Shown here: piece by piece, positions 55,627 to 64,000 of the stretch | Numbering within the stretch: the stretch's first letter is position 1 | Layout: each line of letters opens with the position of its first letter | DNA from: an uncultured delta proteobacterium | Lineage (GTDB): Bacteria; Myxococcota; UBA727; VGSZ01 | Assembly: GCA_963775425.1 (NCBI GenBank) | Contig: CAVZJB010000007.1 | Location: forward strand, 192,001 to 256,000 | Length of the DNA stretch: 64,000 bases | Direction of reading: 5' to 3' | Translations under genes and position numbers: made by a program | Notes under the pieces: model-generated | Told to the model about the DNA's origin: nothing | Database searches by the model: none | Seen by the model: only the letters and a program-made list of their open reading frames with translations

Positions 55627-58111
55627 GGACGAGGCGAGCGGGTTCGAGGAGGAGAAGACCTCTCCCGAGGTGGTGCGCACGCGCGCCCACGGCGCCCAGC
55701 GTGTCCTCGAGGAGCTGAACCCCATCGCCGTCGTCGCCGTCACCGATCGCGTGCGGCGCCGCCGGGTGGTGGAGCTGCTGTGGGCCGACGGCTGGAACGC
55801 CGTCGAGGCCCGCGAGCCCGACGAGCTCGTCGAGATTTGCCGCACGCTGGCGCCGCACATCGCGCTCATCGAGGCCGAGATGCAGATGGCCGACGGCACC
55901 CCCGTCGGCGAGATGCTGCGCCAGGTGCGCCCCGACGCCGCCGTGCGCGTCATCGGGCTCCTGTCGCACGCGGCGTCGAGCAACATCGCCTCCGCGCTCG
56001 CCGACGGCTTCGACGACTTCGTCAGCGACCCCGACAACGAGGTCGAGGTCCTCGCGCGCGCCACCGCCAACCTCCGTGCGGCGCGCAACCTCGGCGAGAT
56101 CCACAAGCAGCGGCGCGACTCCGCGCTGCTCCTCGAGCTCAGCCAGACGCTGGCGTCGTCTTTGGACATGCAGCTCATCCTGCACACCGTCAGCCGCCTC
56201 ATCGCCGAGGTCATCGCGCTCGAGCGCTGCTCCATCGTGCTGCTCGACCCGGACCACGACGACGCGGTGATGGTGGCGGCCTCGGAAGATCGCGCGGTGA
56301 AAGACCTGCGCATCAAGCTGTCGAACTATCCCGAGCTCAAGCGCTGCGTGGAGAGCGCCGCCCCCGTCCTCATCGACGACGCCACCAACGAGCCGCTGCT
56401 CATCGGCGTGCAAAAGACCATGGCGGAGAAGAACATCCGCACCATGGCGCTGTTCCCCGTGGTTTTCGAGGAGCGCGTCACCGGCGTCTTGTTCCTCCGC
56501 TCCACCAAGCCCGCGCGCAAGCTGCTCGACACCGAGGTGCAGTTCGGGCAGACCGTCGCCTCCGCCTGCGCCGTCGCCATCAGGAACGCGCGCCTCTTCG
56601 ATCAGTTCCGCGACCAGACCGAGCGCATCAACTCCATGCGCATGCTCGCGGAGCGCCAGACCGAGGCGCTCAAGAAGTACCAGGACTTCTTCGAGTACGC
56701 CGCCGACGGCATGGCCATCATCGACGCCGACGGCTGCGTCCTCTACGTGAACAAAGAGGGCCGGCGCCTGCTCGGGCGCACGCGGGACGACCTGTTGCAG
56801 CTCCGCTTCCAGGAGCTCTTGTTGGAGGAGTCGCAGTCGCGCTGGCAGGACGTCGTGGACCAGGTGCGCCACGGGCGCTTCAAGCGCTCCTTCGACGTGT
56901 ACGTCGGCCGCGGCGACGGCAACGAGCGCGTGTTCTCCTTGAGCGCCGGCGGCGGCGGCCAGGAGACGGGCCTCATCATCGTGTCCTTCCGCGACGTCAC
57001 CGAGACGCGCGAGATGGAGGGCGAGCTCCGCACCACCAAGGAGTTCCTCGAAAACCTCATCGACAACTCCGTCGACGCGATCGTGGCCGCCGACATGAAC
57101 GGCAACATCATGCTGTTCAACAAGGGCGCCGAGGCCCTCTACGGCTACGACGCCGAGGAGGTCATCGGCCGCATGCACGTGAGCCAGCTCTACCCGGTGA
57201 GCGTGGCCACCGAGGTCATGCGCAAGCTGCGCGACGAGCGCTGGGGAGGGCGCGGGCGCCTCGAGGCGTCCCGGCGGGAGATCGTGACGGCCACCGGCGA
57301 CGTGGTGCCGGTGAGCATGACGGCCTCCATCATCTACGAGGACGGCGACGAGGTCGCCACCGTCGGCGTGTACACCGACTTGCGCGATCGCATGGCCGTG
57401 GAGCGGCAGCTCGCCGAGGCGCGCGACCAGCTCACCAAGACCGAGAAGGCGCGCGTGGCGGCCGAGCTCGCGGGCATGGCCGCGCACGAGCTCAACCAGC
57501 CGCTCACGTCGGTGCTCGGCTACGCCGACATGTTGAAGAACCGCATCGCGGAGACCGACGAGCGCCTGCGCCGCCCGGTGGACACCATCTTCCTGCAGGC
57601 CGAGCGCATGGCCGAGATCGTGCGCAAGATCGGCCGCATCACCAAGTACGAGACCACGCGCTACGGCCTCAACACCGACATGATCGATCTCAAGCGCGCG
57701 AGCGAGGACGCCGCCGGCGTCCTCGAGGCGCTGCCGTCCACCACGCCGCCCACCGGCCTCCCCGGTCCGGCGCGCGAGGAGGGGCAGCGCTCGGACCCCT
57801 CGTTGATGGCCGCGCTCGCGAGCGTGCCCGCGCGAAGCTCGCCGGCCCCGGGCGCCGACCCGCGCGCGGCGGTGGTGCGCATGGACACCGTCGACGAGGA
57901 GCCCGCGGGGTACGAGCGCAACCTGCGCGAGCGCGAGCGGCGGATGCGGGCGCAGGACGAAGAGCAGACGGTGCGCAACTCCCCCGCCCCCGCCGGCGCG
58001 CCCATGCCCCGCTCGGTCGCCTTGTCGGGCACCGTCGTCGACGCCAACGACGAGAGCGACGACCACACCAACCCGGGCGTCAAGATCAGCGACCTCCACC
58101 GGAAGAAGTAG
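55613..58111 (+). CDS. Sensor protein (pseudo-REC, GAF, PAS, PAS, HisKA) lacking a HATPase domain
   Basis: H-box AAHELNQPL; the helical hairpin is followed only by YG..MIDL and a low-complexity tail, with no N/G1/F/G2 boxes. Confidence 0.85.
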   Translation: MSRPEDEASGFEEEKTSPEVVRTRAHGAQRVLEELNPIAVVAVTDRVRRRRVVELLWADGWNAVEAREPDELVEICRTLAPHIALIEAEMQMADGTPVGEMLRQVRPDAAVRVIGLLSHAASSNIASALADGFDDFVSDPDNEVEVLARATANLRAARNLGEIHKQRRDSALLLELSQTLASSLDMQLILHTVSRLIAEVIALERCSIVLLDPDHDDAVMVAASEDRAVKDLRIKLSNYPELKRCVESAAPVLIDDATNEPLLIGVQKTMAEKNIRTMALFPVVFEERVTGVLFLRSTKPARKLLDTEVQFGQTVASACAVAIRNARLFDQFRDQTERINSMRMLAERQTEALKKYQDFFEYAADGMAIIDADGCVLYVNKEGRRLLGRTRDDLLQLRFQELLLEESQSRWQDVVDQVRHGRFKRSFDVYVGRGDGNERVFSLSAGGGGQETGLIIVSFRDVTETREMEGELRTTKEFLENLIDNSVDAIVAADMNGNIMLFNKGAEALYGYDAEEVIGRMHVSQLYPVSVATEVMRKLRDERWGGRGRLEASRREIVTATGDVVPVSMTASIIYEDGDEVATVGVYTDLRDRMAVERQLAEARDQLTKTEKARVAAELAGMAAHELNQPLTSVLGYADMLKNRIAETDERLRRPVDTIFLQAERMAEIVRKIGRITKYETTRYGLNTDMIDLKRASEDAAGVLEALPSTTPPTGLPGPAREEGQRSDPSLMAALASVPARSSPAPGADPRAAVVRMDTVDEEPAGYERNLRERERRMRAQDEEQTVRNSPAPAGAPMPRSVALSGTVVDANDESDDHTNPGVKISDLHRKK

Positions 58112-58159
58112 GCCGCCCCCGCGCGCGACGAGGGCGCGCCGTCGCCGAAGCAGGCCTCG

Positions 58160-59626
58160 CTACACGTGGACGATCGACACCGTCGGCTCCACCTGCCCGT
58201 CGGCGCCCGCGTCCCACACGAGCAGCACGGTCTGCCCTGGTTCGGCGAGGCCGAGGCGGCGCACCATCTCGACGGCGACCTCGCGCGGCGAGGCGAGGTC
58301 CGCCGGCGCCACCAGCTCGGGCATCAGCCCCCAGGACAGCGCGAGCCGCCGGCACATGGCGATGTCGGGGGTGAGCGCGACGACGGGCGCGGCCGGTCGC
58401 TCGGCGCTGACGAGGCGCGCGGTGCGCCCCGTGCGCGTGGGGACGACGACGGCGCGCACGCCGAGGTCGGCGGACAGCAGCGACGTGGCGCGCGAGAGCG
58501 CCTCACCGGGATCCTGCGCGTTCTGCCCGGTCTTCACCTCGAGGACGCGACCGTGCTGGTTGTGCGTGTACTGGTAGCCCTCCACCAGCCGCAGGATGCG
58601 GTCCATGGTGGCCACGGCCGTGACGGGGTTCTTGCCCGCCGCCGTCTCCGCCGAGAGCATCACCGCGTCGGTGCGGCCGAGGGCGGCGGCCGCGACGTCG
58701 GTGACCTCCGCGCGCGTGGGCCGCGCGTTCTCGATCATGCTCTCGAGCATCTGCGTGGCCACGATGACGGGCCGATTCCTCTCGATGGACACGCGGATGA
58801 GCTCGCTCTGCAACAGCGGCACCTCCTCCGCGGGCATCTCCACGCCGAGGTCGCCGCGGGCGATCATGATGGCGTCGACGACTTCGAGGATCTCGTCGAT
58901 GGCCGCGATGGCCTCGGGCTTCTCGATCTTGGCGACGATCGGGATGTCGTTCTTGCCGAGCGCGCCGAGGAGCGCGCGCAGCAGCTTGACGTCGCCCGCG
59001 CTGCGCACGAACGAGAGCGCGAGGAAGTCCACGCCCTCGTTCGCGGCGAAGGTGGCGTCGTCCTTGTCCTTGGGCGTGAGCGCCGGTGCGGAGACGGCGA
59101 CGCCGGGGAGGTTCATGCCCTTCTTGTTCGACAGCCAGCCGCCGTGAACGACCTCGCAGGTGACCTCGGTCTTTCCGTCGGTGGACACCACGCGCAGCTC
59201 GAGCTTGCCGTCGTCGAGCAGCACGCGGTCTCCCGGCGTGACGTCCTTGGCCAGGTGCTCGTACTGCGAGGGCACGACGTCGCCGTGGCCCTCGACGTCG
59301 CGCGTGGTGACGGTGACCTTGGCGCCGTGGGCGAGCTCGATGCCGCCGCCGGTGAACGTGCCCACACGGATCTTGGGGCCGCAGAGGTCGCCGAGGATGG
59401 CGACGTTCTGGCCGAGCTTCTCCGCGACCTTCCTGATCCGCGCGATGTTCTCGGCGTGCGTGGCGTGCGTGCCGTGCGAGAAATTCAAGCGGAAGACGTC
59501 GACGCCGGCGACGATGAGCCGCTCCACCATCTCGTCCGACGACGACGCCGGCCCGATGGTGGCGACGATCTTGGTGCGGCGGCGCTTGAGGGCGACACGA
59601 GAGAGATCGATGCGCAGGTCCGTCAT
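58160..59626 (-). CDS. pyk: Pyruvate kinase
   Basis: TKIVATIGPAS, RLNFSHG, AKIEKPEA, IARGDLGVE, ATQMLESM..PTRAE and MLSAETA motifs. Confidence 0.97.
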   Translation of the reverse strand: MTDLRIDLSRVALKRRRTKIVATIGPASSSDEMVERLIVAGVDVFRLNFSHGTHATHAENIARIRKVAEKLGQNVAILGDLCGPKIRVGTFTGGGIELAHGAKVTVTTRDVEGHGDVVPSQYEHLAKDVTPGDRVLLDDGKLELRVVSTDGKTEVTCEVVHGGWLSNKKGMNLPGVAVSAPALTPKDKDDATFAANEGVDFLALSFVRSAGDVKLLRALLGALGKNDIPIVAKIEKPEAIAAIDEILEVVDAIMIARGDLGVEMPAEEVPLLQSELIRVSIERNRPVIVATQMLESMIENARPTRAEVTDVAAAALGRTDAVMLSAETAAGKNPVTAVATMDRILRLVEGYQYTHNQHGRVLEVKTGQNAQDPGEALSRATSLLSADLGVRAVVVPTRTGRTARLVSAERPAAPVVALTPDIAMCRRLALSWGLMPELVAPADLASPREVAVEMVRRLGLAEPGQTVLLVWDAGADGQVEPTVSIVHV

Positions 59627-59652
59627 GCGGCGACCCTACCGCGATCGTCTAC

Positions 59653-61203
59653 TCACGGGGCGGGGCACGTGAGGTCACCGGCGTCCTCGCACAGCGAGAA
59701 GCGCGCCGCCGTGGCGCCGACCGCGAGCACCGTGCCGTCGTCGAGGGGAACGAGCGCCGCTCCGGCGGTGGGGCTGTCGCCGAGCGAGCGCGTCCCGTCG
59801 ACGAACGCGCCGCCGTAGTCGGCGGCGCCGAAGGAAGGCGGCGAAGGGGCAATGAAGAACAACCGGTGGGGCGCCGCGCCGCCGACGAGCGCGGGGCATG
59901 GAGGTGCGCCGCAACGGAGCGTCGCCGCGGCGAGGCCGGGCGCCGGCGTCACCGCGCGCGCCGCCGGGACGGCCGGGAGGGCGCGCTCCTCCTCGAGGAG
60001 GAACACCTCGGCGTCGGGGGGCGGAGCGTCGCTGTTGTCGAGCGCCTCGACGCTGCCGCCGGCGAGGAGGACGTTGCCGTCGTCGAGGACGGTGGCGGCG
60101 GCGCCGGCGCGCCTGGCGCAGAGGTTCTCGCCGCCGGGCGCGCCGGGGCACGCGATGCTCGGGCCGCCCCAGGTCTCGCTGTCGATGTCGAAGAGCTCGA
60201 GCGAGTCGAGCAACGCGCCCGACGCGTCGCTGCCGCCGGCGACGAGCACCTTGTTGGACGCGAGCAGCGCGGCCGCCGCGTGGGTGCGCGCGGCCGCGAG
60301 CGGCTCCACGGCGCGCACGCCGCCGTCTTCGCCGACGACGACGGCGCCGGCGCTCGCGGCGGCGGCGGCGGCGCTGCCGCCCGCGACGAGGACGGCGTCG
60401 GCGGCGACGGCGACGGCGACGTGTCCGCTGAGCTCGAGGGAGCCCACGGTGGAGAACGCGCCGGTGCCCGGGTCGAAGACGAGGATGTCGGCGGCCAAGG
60501 CGGAAGCGTCGTCGGGGGCGTGGCCGCCGACGATGAGGACCTTGCCGTCGGCGAGGGCGGTGGCGGTGTGCTCCGTGCGCGAGGCGGGCGGATTGGCGAT
60601 GCACGCGCTCGTGCAGAATGACGGCGCGTCCGGCGTGCCGGGCGCGCGCGGATCAAAGACGGCGGCGCTCGGCTCGCCCGCACCGCCGAAGACCAGCACC
60701 CGGCCGTCTTCGAGGAGCGTCGCGGTGGCGCCGGTGAAGTCCCGCGGCGCGGGCACGGGTGCGAACGCGTTGGCGGGGCCAAGGTAGAGGGGCACGTCGA
60801 CGTCGCCGTCGACGTCGCAGTCGAAGCGCGCCCGGCCGGTGGCGACGATGGTGTCCTGGTTGACGCTCGAAAACACCTGGACAAGGAGCTCGAGGCCCGT
60901 CCCGCGCGGGACGGCGGCGCCGGGGTCGACGGCGGCGACGTCGCCGCCTGTCTGTCCCTTGCCTGCGAGGTCCCGCACCGCGTCGAAGACGACAGCGCCG
61001 CCGCGCTTGATGACGAGCCGCGCCTCGTCGCCCTCGTCGGCGAGGGGCTTCGGCTCGGGCTGGTGCACCTGGATCCGGGCGTTGCACACCTGCTGCGCCG
61101 GCGCGGGGCAACCCGCGAGCGAAACCACGGCGGCGACGGCCAGCGCGCGGAAGGCCGGCTGCGCCTGCCCCCCTGCGTGAGCCCGAGGCGCCGCGGCGAT
61201 CAC
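59653..61203 (-). CDS. Kelch-repeat (galactose-oxidase-type propeller) lipoprotein
   Basis: GTG overlaps the upstream stop; lipobox SLAGC; repeated R..HTAT.L.DG.VL..GG. Confidence 0.85.
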   Translation of the reverse strand: MIAAAPRAHAGGQAQPAFRALAVAAVVSLAGCPAPAQQVCNARIQVHQPEPKPLADEGDEARLVIKRGGAVVFDAVRDLAGKGQTGGDVAAVDPGAAVPRGTGLELLVQVFSSVNQDTIVATGRARFDCDVDGDVDVPLYLGPANAFAPVPAPRDFTGATATLLEDGRVLVFGGAGEPSAAVFDPRAPGTPDAPSFCTSACIANPPASRTEHTATALADGKVLIVGGHAPDDASALAADILVFDPGTGAFSTVGSLELSGHVAVAVAADAVLVAGGSAAAAAASAGAVVVGEDGGVRAVEPLAAARTHAAAALLASNKVLVAGGSDASGALLDSLELFDIDSETWGGPSIACPGAPGGENLCARRAGAAATVLDDGNVLLAGGSVEALDNSDAPPPDAEVFLLEEERALPAVPAARAVTPAPGLAAATLRCGAPPCPALVGGAAPHRLFFIAPSPPSFGAADYGGAFVDGTRSLGDSPTAGAALVPLDDGTVLAVGATAARFSLCEDAGDLTCPAP

Positions 61204-62303
61204 AGCTCGAGCACCACGCCCAACGCTGGCGTCGGCGCCGGCTTCGGCCACAGGGCGACGGCACCGGCGACGCCGAGGGCGGTGACCGCGAGGACGCCGG
61301 CGCCGAGCGCGCCATAGACCCACCACGCCGGGCCCTCGTCGACGACGGCGGGCGGGGCGGGCGCGGCGGCCGGCGGGAACAGCGGCGCCGCCGGCGCGGC
61401 AGCGGCCGGGTGCGCGTCGATGCGGCGCGTGGCGACGCCGGGCGCGCGCACGCCCACGAGGACGACCGCGTCGACGTGCGCCGCGCGGGCGACGGCGGCG
61501 ATCTCCTCGACCACGGCGGCGGCCGGGGCGCCGGACACGGCCACACGCGCGGCGTCGTCGAGGGCGCGGCGCGCGGGGGTGGGCGCGAGCGTGACGGCGT
61601 GGACGGCGCCGGCGCCGGCGACGACGGCCACCTCCGCCGTCGACGGCGCGTACCCCGGCGCGCCCACGCGCACGCGGTGCGTCCCCGGCGCGAGCCCGAG
61701 GAGCGACACCGGTGCGGTACCGCGCGCCGCGCCGTCGACGACGACCTCGGCGCCCGCCGGCGTGCTGCGCACCTCGAGCCCGCCGGTGCCCGCGCCGTGC
61801 GCGGCGGCGACGGCCTCGTCGAAGAGCGCGCGCGCCGCCGGCGACAAGAGCTCGGCGTCCGGCGCGACGTCGGGGCGCACGACGAGGAGCGCGCGCAGGG
61901 CGTCGCGCGCGGCGGCGTCGTCCTTCGCCTCGGTCCACGCTTCGGCCTCGAGGAGGCGTGCGCGGGTGAGGGTGTCGAGGTCGGCGGGCGCGAGGTCGGC
62001 CTCGATGACGGCGGCGCACTCGGCGAGGGCGGCGGCGGCGCGCGCGTACTCGAAGGTCAACAGGAGGTCCTCGCCGGACTTCAGCAGCTCCGCCGCGCGG
62101 GGACTGGGCGGCGGCGGCGGCGGGTCGGTGCGGGCGAACAGCGCGGCGCGATCGAGGACGTCGTCGCCGCCGAGGGCGCCGGCGGCCTTGGCGCGCGCGG
62201 CAGCGGCAGCGGCGGCGTCGAGCGTGGAGCCGTCGAGGGCGACGGGATCGTCGACGACGACGGTGCCCGCGGGGATCGCGAGCGCGAGGAGGGCGGCGAG
62301 CAC
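61200..62303 (-). CDS. TPR-like + PEGA domain protein with Trp/Gly hydrophobic C-terminal tail
   Basis: GGLEVRSTPAGAEVVVDG..GTAPV..APGTHRVRV..PGY; PAWWVYGALGAG. Confidence 0.85.
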   Translation of the reverse strand: MLAALLALAIPAGTVVVDDPVALDGSTLDAAAAAAARAKAAGALGGDDVLDRAALFARTDPPPPPPSPRAAELLKSGEDLLLTFEYARAAAALAECAAVIEADLAPADLDTLTRARLLEAEAWTEAKDDAAARDALRALLVVRPDVAPDAELLSPAARALFDEAVAAAHGAGTGGLEVRSTPAGAEVVVDGAARGTAPVSLLGLAPGTHRVRVGAPGYAPSTAEVAVVAGAGAVHAVTLAPTPARRALDDAARVAVSGAPAAAVVEEIAAVARAAHVDAVVLVGVRAPGVATRRIDAHPAAAAPAAPLFPPAAAPAPPAVVDEGPAWWVYGALGAGVLAVTALGVAGAVALWPKPAPTPALGVVLEL

Positions 62304-62363
62304 CGAAGCAGCCTAGCGCGAACCGCACACCGCGCGCCGCGGCGTTGTCCTCGTGCGCCCGAC

Positions 62364-62941
62364 GAGAGAGTTGAACCGCAAAAACAAATGGGTCGGCCAG
62401 GCACTCGGCGCGAAGCGCCGCCCGCACGTGGCGGGCGTGCCGGCACGCGCGCCAGGCCCGTCGCCGGTGCGCTGACACCGAGACGTCCGGACGCGGAATT
62501 TGGAGCGGTGTCGCTGTGGCGGCTTCGCGGCGGTGTGCAGGGCTCTCGTGCGCACCGGCGACGGGACCCGGCGCGGGCTCTGCGACGCCGCGCGGCGGGG
62601 CTTGGCGATCTCTTGCAGGTTGTTGATCACGGCCGCGGCGCGGTTCCGGTCGAGCTCGTTGTTGCGCACGCCCTTGTCACGGGCGCGACCGCCCTGCACG
62701 GCGTCGACGCGAGCGAGCTTGTGCTCCACGACGGTGCGCGCCCGGTACGCCTCGCCGCCGCCGTCGGGATCGGGCTCGATGTCCTGCTCGACGACGCGGC
62801 GCATGAGCGCGAGCGCGTCGGACACCGGCGGTTTGTCGGATCGCCCTGCAGCTCGCACCGAACCCATGCGTCGAGCAGCTCGGCTTGCTCGATCACGACT
62901 TGGATGTCCAACGCGGCTTTGACCTGCGGATCACTTCTCTA
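62364..62941 (-). mobile_element. Internally deleted IS remnant (IS1182-like) retaining imperfect 17-bp terminal inverted repeats
   Basis: Ends GAGAGAGTTGAACCGCA (62364-62380) and TAGAGAAGTGATCCGCA (minus strand, 62941-62925) match at 13/17. Transposase-like fragments: RRVVEQDIEPDPDGG and YRARTVVEHKLAR..RARDKGVRNNELD..AAV.NLQ. Confidence 0.65.
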
Positions 62942-64000
62942 GCGACGGCGTCTGCGGAGAGAGAGGGCCGCCAGAGCGAGGGCGAGCGCGTCGAGGGAGG
63001 ACGCGGGCCCGGAGGCGGAGGCGCAGCTCGCGGGCGCCGCGCGCGACGGCTGCGCCGAGGTCACCAGGAGGATGAACTCGTGGAGCGTGGCGCCCGCGGC
63101 GTTCTCCACGCGCACGCTGACGGGCACCTCACCGGACACGTCTTTGCCCGGCGTCCACGTGAGCTTGCCGGTGCGCTCGTCGAGCTTCATGCCCGCCGGC
63201 GCGTTCACGATTGCGTCGCCGAGCTCCTTGCCGAGCGTGAACGCGTACGGCCCGCCGCCGGTGACGGAGATGACCCCGTCGGCGTCGTACGACCAGGGCT
63301 GCCCCGCGACGGCGTGGGTGTTCGGCGTGGACACCACGCGCGGCGGGATGGTGCCGTCCTTGGTGGCCGTGATGACCGCGCGGGCCCGCGTCTCGAGTCC
63401 GTCATCGTCGGCGACCACCAGCTCCACCGTGTGCTTCCCCGGTGCCGTCAGCGTGACGGTGGGCCGGACCTCGCCGGACACCGTCCCGTCGGGCAGGATC
63501 CACGTCGAGCGCACCACGTAGCCGTCGAGGTCGTTCTTCTCCGCGTCGAGCTGCACGGTGAGCGGCACCTCGCCGCGCGACGGGAACGCGAGGATGCGCG
63601 CCTCGGGCGGCGAGCCGTCGGCCGCGGTGGCGACGATGTCCGCGGTGGAGGTCGCCTGCCGGCCGAGCGTGTCGGTCACGGTGAGCGTCGCCGTGTACGC
63701 CCCCGGCCGCGCGTAGGTGTGCTGCGGCGACGGCTCGACGAAACCGACGAGGTCGGAGAACGCAGCTTCGAAGTGGTCGCCGTCGCCGAAGTCGACGCTA
63801 TAGGCCGCGATGACCGCGTCGCCCGGCAGCGTATGGCTGGTGAAGCGCACGCCGAACGGCGCCGGCCCCGTGCTCGCGTCGGTCACCAACGACGTCGCCG
63901 GCGGCCGCGACTCCGCGGCGTCGACGGTGATGACCACGGTGGTGAGCGCGCTGAACGTCGCCCGCTCCACCGCTTGATCGCGCGCGACGAGCTGCAGCGT
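62939..64000 (-). CDS. PKD/Ig-repeat surface protein with MYXO-CTERM-like sorting tail (5' part outside window)
   Basis: G.APF.V.F..DFGDG..HTY..PG.YTATLTVTD PKD repeats; He_PIG-like PAGM.LD..TG.L.WTP; tail SCAS..LALALAALSLRRRRR. Frame is open to the window end. Confidence 0.88.
   Translation of the reverse strand, partial: TLQLVARDQAVERATFSALTTVVITVDAAESRPPATSLVTDASTGPAPFGVRFTSHTLPGDAVIAAYSVDFGDGDHFEAAFSDLVGFVEPSPQHTYARPGAYTATLTVTDTLGRQATSTADIVATAADGSPPEARILAFPSRGEVPLTVQLDAEKNDLDGYVVRSTWILPDGTVSGEVRPTVTLTAPGKHTVELVVADDDGLETRARAVITATKDGTIPPRVVSTPNTHAVAGQPWSYDADGVISVTGGGPYAFTLGKELGDAIVNAPAGMKLDERTGKLTWTPGKDVSGEVPVSVRVENAAGATLHEFILLVTSAQPSRAAPASCASASGPASSLDALALALAALSLRRRRR

Noticed and set aside
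53956-56316. N-terminal ~790 aa of the 1803-aa kinase ORF
   Set aside because: It is antisense to the LarC-like and PAS genes; protein-like sequence begins only at about GTG 53955.

Overview
Very GC-rich, gene-dense bacterial window with a Myxococcota-like gene set: Hanks-type Ser/Thr kinases, PEGA/TPR proteins, Cys-rich CGDG repeats and a MYXO-CTERM-like tail. The taxonomy is inferred from gene content only. It holds about 41 real CDSs; most other entries in the ORF track are antisense or off-frame shadows. Housekeeping genes: fbaB, glmS, Sua5/TsaC, pdxH, pyk, a PrsA/SurA-like PPIase and an NTP transferase. Accessory content: translationally coupled kinase/PEGA/TPR/surface-lipoprotein clusters, a ~3,490-aa Ig-repeat/beta-propeller lipoprotein, an HTTM gene pair, tandem YbjN-like (T3SS chaperone-fold) genes, a degenerate LarC flanked by two sensor kinases (one lacking its ATPase domain), an HTH-HATPase-STAS regulator behind a palindromic operator array, and a ~580-bp internally deleted IS with recognisable terminal inverted repeats. 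The best candidate for an undescribed system is 46519-49320: a sigma28-like promoter drives a Q/N/A-rich coiled-coil, glycine-zipper protein whose C-terminal helix resembles type-III-secreted filament/translocator subunits, followed by a trigger-factor paralog without the ribosome-binding domain. A second candidate is the recurring coupled pair of a PEGA/TPR protein with a Trp-Gly hydrophobic tail and a downstream cargo gene. Three single-base indels (glmS, PPIase x2) look like assembly errors; one creates a false PPIase-peptidase fusion. No rRNA, tRNA or CRISPR array was seen.
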